Positions 55,764 through 64,000 of a DNA stretch of 64,000 nt are shown here, in pieces. Every line of letters starts with the position of its first letter. The first letter of the stretch is position 1. Below the pieces are notes generated by a model. The model was not told the DNA's origin, searched no databases, and worked only from the letters and a program-made list of their open reading frames with translations. Source of the DNA: Naegleria gruberi (lineage: Eukaryota); assembly GCA_000004985.1 (NCBI GenBank), contig GG738890.1, one strand, 5' to 3'. A program made the position numbers and the translations under genes.

Positions 55764-58543
55764 CTACAAATCAGCTTGGAATGATAAATCTTCTTCTAAT
55801 GGTTGTTCGACAAAGGCATCATCCTCTCCCATGTCTTCTCCAACTATATCTTCCATAGATAAGTTGAGAGCATCAGAGACAATACCCTTTGACAATGCCA
55901 TTCCCATAGTATTGAGGGAATTGCTATTTTGCCTTACTTCTATCTTTAAGAGCTTGATTGCTTCCTCTTGTTTTCTGTTGGCATCCCTTAATTGAGTGAT
56001 TAACTTTTCCTTTGCAGCATCCTCTGCTTCAAATTGTTGAAGGAGTACCTTGAGATCGTGAATTTCTTGTTGTAATGTCTTTAATTCACAAATCTTCTTC
56101 CAGTACTTGTCAGATCGTTCCTTGGCATCCTTGTACTTGTTCATGTATTTGAGAAGCACTTGGTGAGTTTGTTCCAATTCACTAACTCTTGCTTGTTCAT
56201 CCTTTCTGCTTTGACGTAAATCATTTTCCAATTGGAGAATGTACTTGTTGGTAAACTTAATGTCTTCCTTTCTCACCACTGTTTGAATGATTGTATTTCC
56301 AGATGATTTACCTGTTGAGGAAGGTGGAACTGAAGAAGAGGATCCATTTTCAACCTTATAAGCACTTCCACCAGCCACCGATCCTGCAGCACTGCCTTGA
56401 GTTGTTGGCGTTGACATTATAGTTGATGAGACCACTACTTGTGCCTTTCTTGCCTCATCCAATTCCTTACTGAGCTTTTCAATCTGAAGCTTGAGTTGCT
56501 CATTTTCTTCTCTAAACACTGTGTTGTCATTTTCTGCTTTTTCAAAGCTTTGTTTGAGATCAATATTGCTTTCTGTCAATTTCAAAACTTCCACCTTCAA
56601 TTGATCAGTAGTACCGGCCTTGTCCATCAGCTCTTTCTTTGTATTTTCAATGATGGTAATATGTTCTTGAGCATTATGCAATTTAAGCTTTAACTCTTCA
56701 ATGACAATATCATCTTCCTTTTTGACCTTCTCACAAGCTCTCTTCAATTTGGTTATTCTTGCTTTGTGGGCAGAGTTGAAGAGTTTTGTTGGAGCAATAC
56801 CCTTAACATCAGTTCCACGACCTGGAGAGAAAACAGCCTCTGGATAAACTTGACCCAGTTCAGAGGTATTTTGATTAATACCAAACATTATATCAATCCA
56901 TTTGTGTAAATTTTGGGAAACGTGTTCACACTCCAAGGCATCTCTAGCTTTTTGGATGAAATCTTTAGCACTCTCGGCCCAAGGTGGAAGGCTAACGTCA
57001 CCAGTTCCTCCCAGAGGAAGACTCTTAAAATTAATGAGAACCAATCCTTCACCACTGTACAAATCTGGAATTGTTTCTTTTGGATCACTTCCAGACACTA
57101 TACCCTCCCAACATTTCTCAAGAGACATGAAAAGCTTATTGGTATCAATGAATTTGCCGTCATTAAAATGGAACATGATATCAGGATAACATCTCACCAA
57201 ATAGGAGAGGATATTTTCATAAGTCATGCAGAAATTGTCACATACTGGCCTTTCCAACTTTTTCCTTGCGGCAGAGTTGATGCATCCAATATGTTTGGAC
57301 AAGTCTCTGAATGTGGCAGGGTTTTCAAGATCTAACTTTTCTGATTTCAAATCAGCAAAAATCCAAGGGAAGATTGGATACAAGTAGACATCATTCAATG
57401 TACGCCCAGCGTATCTGTTAAGATTTTGGATATATTCGAAAGTGGAGAGATAACCTGTCACCCATTGTTCTTGATCTCTTTTCACTGATTCATTAATATC
57501 GATCATGCTGTTTTGTCCATAGCTGATCTTTTCAAATGTTGCATCTCTTTCCTCTTCCTTATCAAAGATGAAGAGTGCAGAGGATTCATTATGTAAATGC
57601 ATGACAAATGCTTTGGATCCATTCAAATATTCTGTTTTTACAAGTGCCAATACAGATGATGGGGAAAGTTTTAAAATGTGAGGCTCACCACCAAAACAAA
57701 AGTTTGGTTGGAAGTACACTCTTTTTGAGGAAATTGCAAATTTACCTCTCAACTTTTCAAATGAAGAAATCATGAGAGCTGAGGTAGTGTAAGAAACACT
57801 TTCATCCTCAGTCAGCCATCCAGTATTGAATGGTGTTCTCTTTTCAATCATTTCAACCATGTCTGCAAGTTGTTGATTTCTTGTTTTGTCATCCTTTGTA
57901 AGAATTACTGATTGCATTCTTTCTAACAAATCGTAAACCTTTTGGAAGTTTTCTTTTTGAATACCTAATGTAATTTTTGTAATCTGTGTGATTAATTGAT
58001 GATGAGTTTAAGGATTTTAAAATCATATAAACCAGTAAGAATAGCCATGAACATCATTCCAAAAATAATTGAAAACATACCTTCATCTTACTGTGATCCT
58101 TGCTATCAATTAAACAAACTCTTGCAGTTGAAATCGTCACTGTGGAACATTTCTTTGAAAATCCCTTTGCAGCTGCCTTCTTAATGTTCGAAATATCCTT
58201 AGTCAGAATACGATAAACTGGAAGTGTAAAATCCTCAGGACAGAAGGTTAATGATTTTGTGGCGAGAACAAGATGACCTCTTGGGTGATCATCTTCCTTT
58301 GTATTGACTTGAATATATGTTGAATGACTTGGGAGAATTTCCAATATCTCTTCATCACTCTCCAAGTACATGGATGAAAATCGAACACATGCCGGTTTGG
58401 CCTTAAAGAAATCTATAGGTGATGATTTGTCAGAGTTGTCATTGTTATTATTGTCGTTTGCAGAGTTGTTATTGTAGATGTGAGTGAACAATATAGAATT
58501 TTTTATTATTAGACCATCATAACGGCTAGTACTTACTCAACAT
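55764..58543 (-). CDS. compact PH-BEACH domain protein with C-terminal coiled coil, 3 exons (58537-58543, ~58081-58412, 55764-57983)
   Basis: BEACH core WVTGYLSTFEYIQNLNRYAGRTLNDVYLYPIFPWIFADLKSEKLDLENPATFRDLSKHIG. Upstream PH-like segment HLVLATKSLTFCPED. The first exon is 7 nt (ATGTTGA) followed by GTAAGTAC. Introns are ~124 and ~97 nt, and their phases agree with the track frames. The C-terminus is heptad-repeat coiled coil, with no WD40. Confidence 0.7.
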
Positions 58544-59058
58544 TTTTGTCTCAATAAAAACGTAAGGCTTTTCTAGGGTTGTTTGTCGACAATTTTTTTA
58601 ATGTTGTGATTTTAATAATTTTTTGGAGGGAAACTTCTACAACCCATCAACAAGACTTCTCTCCACATTGTTATTGGCAGTTGAAGATTCCGATGAAGAA
58701 TCCTGTTGTGGCTCTATGAAATCAGTGAACGACTGCATTGAGCCTTATTACCATTTCCCCATGAAACGGCTATGTTTGTACTAGCTAGTTTATAGTGGCA
58801 TTCATTTTCATTATCATTAGGTTTTGTGTAAAATTCAAGGATTTTCTCCTGTATTGTTCCTATTTGTTAGTAGACTAGATCAAATAATTGACAACTTTTT
58901 CTTTACATTAAAATACAAGAAGGATTTATATTATTAAAATTATTAGATGTTTGATTATCAAATATACATTTTGTGGAAAATAATTGTAGAATTACAACTA
59001 TGACAAGTTTGTTGTTGTTGTATGGGATGATGACTTAGATTTTCTCTCGGCTAAACAA

Positions 59059-59604
59059 TTAATAATAGGTTCCCTTCATGTAGTTCTTTGCTTTACGTTT
59101 AAAGTCTTCTGGTTGATCGACGTAGTGCTTGGCAGCATCAACATCGAGAGGATCATCGGGATTTGGTTCGAGGAAGAGGAAGTGAAGACCAGTAAAGATG
59201 GCATTCAAGTTCAAAACTGGCTTCCAGTCAGCTCTCAAAATATTCAAACAAACAGCACCATTTTGATCAATATTTGGGTGCCATACTTTTGTTTTACAAA
59301 TAACCTTTGGAGGCTTGATTGGATATTCGTTTGGAATGTTAATTTCAAATTCGTGTGGGTGAGCCTTCCAAATTCCGTCATCAGGAACAAGGACAAGAGT
59401 CATCTTGTTGAGTTTGTTAGCATCGTCAATTTTTAAATTATCAGACCACTTCTTTTCAAGTTCATCAAGATCTTTTTGAACACGAATTTGATAACCAGTG
59501 CTACGACCACCACCACTGGCAATAATACCTGTTACACCTTGGGTGGCTTGAGGAGTACCTGATTGTTGTTCCTTTTCCTTTTGAATACGGGCTTTGGCAA
59601 ACAT
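59059..59604 (-). CDS. UBE2M: NEDD8-conjugating enzyme UBC12 (E2)
   Basis: IRVQKDLDELEKK...KVWHPNIDQNGAVCLNILRADWKPVLNLNAIFTGLHFLFLEPNPDDPL is nearly collinear with UBC12/UBE2M. The track start at 59670 is a GTG, so I placed the start at the ATG (MFAKARIQKEK), giving 181 aa. Confidence 0.8.
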   Translation of the reverse strand: MFAKARIQKEKEQQSGTPQATQGVTGIIASGGGRSTGYQIRVQKDLDELEKKWSDNLKIDDANKLNKMTLVLVPDDGIWKAHPHEFEINIPNEYPIKPPKVICKTKVWHPNIDQNGAVCLNILRADWKPVLNLNAIFTGLHFLFLEPNPDDPLDVDAAKHYVDQPEDFKRKAKNYMKGTYY

Positions 59605-59936
59605 TCTAGTATTTTTTTTTATAATAAAAATAAATTCCTGTTCTTTTGTTAATAAAATTTTATTCAGCACAAGTTCTTTCTCTTTACAATTCTTTAAAAA
59701 TAGAACAAGGTGTTGTTTTTAAAAACTTGGGATGAACTCTCTTACAATTATTTTCATCATCAGATGACAATAACAGAGGGTGTTATCAAATTATTCTTCT
59801 TCTTAGGGAAGTGCTAACTAACAGTGAGCAGTATTATGAAGAACTTCATCACCTACAATTTGTTAAAATATTTCCTGATCATCAAAAACGTTATCCATGA
59901 CAATGATGATAACTTTTAACATCATCTTGATAACAT

Positions 59937-61400
59937 TTAAAAACCATCAAAGTTAGTATCACTCAAGTAGGATTGTCTTGATGAGCTTCTACTATCATTG
60001 ACAGGCATAAATTCACAAACAAAATCATTCCACTCAGCAAAAACATTGGCCAACTCCTTGCTCGGATCGCTTCTACCACCAAGAATCATCATTTGGTCAT
60101 CAGAGAAATCGGATGTAGAAACACCATTAGATTGTAAATTGAACATTCTTTCTTCAATTTCAATTTCTCTTCTGATAAATTCATCTTCATCTTGACAATT
60201 ATCAAAACAAGTTTCATCATATGATTCTTGTTGATAGGTTGGTGAGGCAACATCTAATTTACATTCGTATGGAACAATGGCTGAACCTTCACAGAGAAGA
60301 ATTTCCTGTTGGTCAAAGTTGTACACTGACTCGTCAACTAGATCATCTTCCAAGCTAATTGGAGCATTTCTAATATCAAAGTCTTGTCTCTTTTCTGATT
60401 TTATGAGAGGAGCTGATGATGGTCTAATGATAAGTTGTTGTTGACTTGTTGTTGAGGTGGTAATCATTTGGAAAGGATCTTCATTACACAATAAATCACC
60501 TTCGTTGGAGAGGTGACTATCTGTGCTACTAACATTGGAAACACTTCTCTTCTTTCTACTTTGAATACTGGATGAGGAGCTCTTTTTAGCTTCAGTTTCA
60601 AGGGTATCCTTGAGTTTTTCTGGAATTGGAACATTTGAATTACAGGTAATGTTGGTTCTCGAGATTGGTCTACCTTTTCCTTCTTGTTCATACTTTCTAA
60701 GCATGATCCATCTGTGTCTGCATTGAATATCAGTTCTTCCTTGGAATGAATCAGCAATACTCTTCCAAGCACTTTCACCAAATTCTCTGACCTTATCAAT
60801 GAGGATGTTATCTTCCTCTTCATTCCATGGTTTTTTACAAATCTTTGGATTTAAGACTCTCCACCAATGTTGATTACATTGGTCGCTATTCTTTGTGGCT
60901 ACCATCTTGGCAATTTCATTCCACTTCTTTTCACCATACTTTTCAATGGCTTTGAGGAGGAGTTCATTTTCATTCTTGGTCCATCTGTTGCAACTCTTTC
61001 TCTTACCATTGGCACCATCATCAGTTGGTGAAGTTGGTTCCGATTTAACCTTTGGTGGTTTTGTTGATGATTTTGAGGCACTGTTCTTTCTCTTAGTTTT
61101 TGATGTTTTAGTGATGGAATTAATTGGTGTACGAGGGAGGGCAGCAATATCAAAGTCTTCCTCTGGTTCCTTCTTTGGTGGCATTGTTGAAACAACAGAG
61201 GCCATAGCTTTCTGTTGTTGTTGCTGTTGTTGCAAGAGGATGGTTGTATGATTAAGGGAGCTGTACAAAACTGATGAGGTATTACCAAGGACCATATTAA
61301 TAGGAGCTGATGTTATAGTCATTGGTGTTATGGAGGATGAGGATATTTCAATCCCCGAGTTAAGGCCGGTTGGGCTACTGGTTCTAGAACTTTTCACCAT
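59937..61400 (-). CDS. Myb-family DNA-binding protein (two Myb/SANT repeats)
   Basis: Two repeats: WTKNENELLLKAIEKYGEKKWNEIAKMV..QCNQHWWRVLNP and KKPWNEEEDNILIDKVREFGESAWKSIADSFQGRTDIQCRHRW. A poly-Q tract is also present. Confidence 0.7.
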   Translation of the reverse strand: MVKSSRTSSPTGLNSGIEISSSSITPMTITSAPINMVLGNTSSVLYSSLNHTTILLQQQQQQQKAMASVVSTMPPKKEPEEDFDIAALPRTPINSITKTSKTKRKNSASKSSTKPPKVKSEPTSPTDDGANGKRKSCNRWTKNENELLLKAIEKYGEKKWNEIAKMVATKNSDQCNQHWWRVLNPKICKKPWNEEEDNILIDKVREFGESAWKSIADSFQGRTDIQCRHRWIMLRKYEQEGKGRPISRTNITCNSNVPIPEKLKDTLETEAKKSSSSSIQSRKKRSVSNVSSTDSHLSNEGDLLCNEDPFQMITTSTTSQQQLIIRPSSAPLIKSEKRQDFDIRNAPISLEDDLVDESVYNFDQQEILLCEGSAIVPYECKLDVASPTYQQESYDETCFDNCQDEDEFIRREIEIEERMFNLQSNGVSTSDFSDDQMMILGGRSDPSKELANVFAEWNDFVCEFMPVNDSRSSSRQSYLSDTNFDGF

Positions 61401-62238
61401 TTGATTATCAAATGATTATATTGAAAACGGTTTAAAAAGTAGAGTGTATTTTTCTTGAGGGTCTCAGTTTGTTCAAAACAGAATTGGAGGACGTGTGTTC
61501 TCTTATTGTGTTACGTCTCTTGTTCGTTGTTGCTCTTTGTACAGCGCGGCAACTGTGTGTTGTACTTTTTTTCTATGGATGAAATTGTGTTCCTTAGGCG
61601 GGACTCTTTTAAAACTTAACGTTTATTGAGAAGTTGAGGAAACAATTCTTGAACAAACCGCTCTACCCGAATGTCTCTGGCGCCAAATGAAATTCTTAAC
61701 GCCTCAATGACCATTATGGACTAGCATCTCACCTTATTTGTCTTATTCTGCTCTTCAATTTGTTTTTCCAAGTTGTTGAAAAATTTTGGAGGTAAAAGAA
61801 AAAGTGATGGTGACTGCCGTTGTAGTTTTACTTCTTCAAGAAGAAGCATCATCAATGATCATTAAATTTGATGGTTTTTTATTATTTTAAATGTGAGGTG
61901 ATGAAACAATGTAAATGGGATTTGATGGTTCTTGATGGACTAGATAGGGATGAAATGATTCGGAATGGAATAATTATCGGAAGAAGAGGGTTTAATGGCA
62001 CAACTATTAAATTCTAGATTGTTGTGATTATAATTGAAAAGAATGTGTTTGTTGGGAATTCACAAACAATATTCTTCTAAAAATCCCGTATTTGATATTT
62101 ATGGACATGGTTTGGAATTCACAACTCAAACATTTTGAAAAAATTCATGGTGGAGAGTTGTTCTCTCACAAAACAGTTTCAATCCAACAAAAAAAGCAAC
62201 ACAACAACCTTCTACCTTTCTAAATCCTGCAACTAACA

Positions 62239-63186
62239 ATGAGTCAAACTCAATGCGCAAGAAAATCATGTGCCAGCTCTTCATCTTCCAATGAAGGAGT
62301 TTCCAACACTAAAGAAAACCAAAAAGCAATTGAGTTGGAAATTATTAAAAACAATATTGCAAGATATCATGAAGAAGCACTCGATCAATTGAGAAGATTG
62401 ATTCCAAAACAAAAAGAAGAAGAAACGAAAACAACATTCAATCCATCAGATATTTGGCAAGAGTTGAAATATCCAGAATTTGCTTCTTTGGAAAAGCCAA
62501 GTATTATCACTCAAGCAGATGCTAGTAGTAGAGTGGATAGTGATGTGTCTAGAATTGCTCCATTTGCTGAAACTGAGAGCATGTCCAGGTTTATTGATAA
62601 TAACATTGAAAGAGGGTCTCGTGTCATTGACTGCATGGGAGGATATGGACATGTAGCTATGGCTTGTATCCACGGAGGAAAACGTACAGATTTGGCAGTA
62701 TTTGATCACTTTGAAAACGATGAGAAATCAAGAAGTGTAAGAATGAAAGCAGTACAGAAGAATATGGATCAATATCATACCAAATTTTCAGGAAAGAGAA
62801 AGGCCAACATCTATGAGCATGGGATCCATTTAAAACAAGAGATGAGAATCAACAATGTTTTACTACTGGATGCAAGATTGATCACTGAAAAGCTTGAGAA
62901 AATCATTGAAGATTTTAAGAATTCTAATGCAAGAGAAATAGTGCTCAAGATTCCAATTCATTTCACACTGGCTAATGAGTTTGCTAGTAGGAATCCAGAG
63001 CTGAGAGGTATTGGAATGGTCATGAAGTGTCCAAGTACTAGAATTCACAATGAGACAATGCTTGGAATGGAAGAAGATTTCATTCAATTGCTTATTATTA
63101 GAAAGTTGGTTAAAAAGCAAAACAAGAATGATAGACAACAACAATATTATAACAATGATAGAAGTAAAAAGCAAAAGTATTATTAA
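62239..63186 (+). CDS. hypothetical protein (possible class-I methyltransferase-like fold)
   Basis: VIDCMGGYGHVAMACIHGG resembles SAM-MTase motif I. The C-terminus is basic and Asn/Gln-rich. Low confidence. Confidence 0.3.
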   Translation: MSQTQCARKSCASSSSSNEGVSNTKENQKAIELEIIKNNIARYHEEALDQLRRLIPKQKEEETKTTFNPSDIWQELKYPEFASLEKPSIITQADASSRVDSDVSRIAPFAETESMSRFIDNNIERGSRVIDCMGGYGHVAMACIHGGKRTDLAVFDHFENDEKSRSVRMKAVQKNMDQYHTKFSGKRKANIYEHGIHLKQEMRINNVLLLDARLITEKLEKIIEDFKNSNAREIVLKIPIHFTLANEFASRNPELRGIGMVMKCPSTRIHNETMLGMEEDFIQLLIIRKLVKKQNKNDRQQQYYNNDRSKKQKYY

Positions 63187-63379
63187 TAACTAATAAATTG
63201 AAGAGATAATGATTGTAATATTATAAACTGTAAAAAAGAAACAAAACCTAGAATTAAAATTTAAATAGTTTCATCAAAAAATTGTTTATTTCAAATGAAC
63301 CAAAGGACCTGACTGAATGAGTTACATTGAGGATTTAATATTGTTGTTTTATCAAGTTTCAATTCAAGTAGTTGTTTAT

Positions 63380-64000
63380 TTACAAGTCATTTGCCAAATG
63401 TTTGATAATAATTTCTTCATTCTTCTTTCCAAAGTATTGAGCCAATTCATCAAGTTTAACAAATTTAGCTTCACCATACATATCACTATATCCCTTTCTC
63501 AACAATTCTTGGTCCTCATTGGAAAGTTCCTCAAAGATCCAAACCTTTGTGTGAGTGAATAAAGGTAGCTCAACTTGAGATTCTTCAAATGATTCCTGAC
63601 CTGGATCTCTGACCACATAATCATTCAATCTTCCCAATCTAATAGCTGGTAATTCCTTTTTGCCATCAAAATTATTGAGAGATTTGTTCTTTCCTACATT
63701 TGCATATTTCAATCTAAAGAGTTTGTAACACTTATCAATGCTCTTTCCTTCTCCCATTTGTTGAATCTTTTTAGCATTTTCGAAACAATCGAGAATTTCT
63801 GCTAGGATTTGATTGGCCTTGAACTCTTTGAATTTTCTCTCCAATTCTTGAATTCTCTCAAAACTCAAACAGGAAAGTAACAATTTCAAAACGTTACAAT
63901 CAAAGGTTTCATGATTCAAAGGCAATTTTGATTTGGAAAGCTTTCTCAAGGAATAGTCCAATGAACCATATTCGATTGGCTCAGTTTCCTGAACGAGAAA
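63380..64000 (-). CDS. hypothetical protein, 5' end may lie outside the window
   Basis: 193-aa ORF ending at the window edge. No recognised domain. Confidence 0.3.
   Translation of the reverse strand, partial: FLVQETEPIEYGSLDYSLRKLSKSKLPLNHETFDCNVLKLLLSCLSFERIQELERKFKEFKANQILAEILDCFENAKKIQQMGEGKSIDKCYKLFRLKYANVGKNKSLNNFDGKKELPAIRLGRLNDYVVRDPGQESFEESQVELPLFTHTKVWIFEELSNEDQELLRKGYSDMYGEAKFVKLDELAQYFGKKNEEIIIKHLANDL

Noticed and set aside
59605-59670. Longer UBC12 N-terminus (MLNKILLTKEQEFIFIIKKNTR…) given by the ORF track
   Set aside because: The track start codon at 59670 is GTG, and several other track starts are TTG or CTG. The first ATG (MFAKARIQ…) gives the canonical UBC12 length.
1-64000. 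Prokaryotic-type features (operons, CRISPR arrays, Shine-Dalgarno-led ORFs, IS elements)
   Set aside because: None found. Gene structure, introns, an intron-containing tRNA and the protein repertoire are eukaryotic nuclear.

Overview
This is a ~64 kb AT-rich (roughly 30-35% GC) nuclear segment from a unicellular eukaryote; nothing in it looks prokaryotic. It has short spliceosomal introns (about 46-126 nt, GTAAGT/GTATGT/GTAGGT donors, YAG acceptors). It also has an intron-containing tRNA, poly-N/Q/T/S low-complexity tracts inside ORFs, and several F-box and RNI-type LRR genes (repeat unit GAKxIS..L..L.I..N.IG.EG). These traits suggest an amoeboid protist such as a heterolobosean or amoebozoan. 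That organism call is inference only.

I support about 33 protein-coding genes on both strands, mostly with one to three exons, plus 3 tRNA genes: tRNA-Ile(UAU) with an intron, and two identical tRNA-Val(AAC) copies that bracket a 7TM-RGS gene. Confidently recognised products are homogentisate 1,2-dioxygenase, alpha-actinin (2 exons), protein phosphatase methylesterase-1, the NEDD8 E2 UBC12, an ABC-F ATPase, a GT1 UDP-glycosyltransferase, a Nudix (NUDT14-like) hydrolase, an MDR-family NADP oxidoreductase, a Myb protein, a TPR protein and a PH-BEACH protein. There is no CRISPR array, no rRNA and no clear transposon.

The most unusual items are:
- a multi-exon gene that joins an N-terminal C2 domain to a syntaxin (Habc + SNARE);
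- the duplicated tRNA-Val units;
- a 7TM-RGS receptor-like gene;
- a compact BEACH protein without WD40 repeats, whose first exon is only 7 nt;
- a frameshifted, motif-degenerate eIF4A paralogue;
- a ~170-aa His-rich insertion inside the Rossmann fold of an MDR oxidoreductase;
- a secreted MACPF-like protein with a degenerate signature motif.

Caveats: the ORF track labels alternative start codons (TTG/GTG/CTG) as M, so I moved several starts to the first ATG. Intron and tRNA coordinates that I derived by hand may be off by 1-2 nt. At two places I checked, my reading of the printed sequence differed by one nucleotide from the frame implied by the ORF track; I trust the track for frames.
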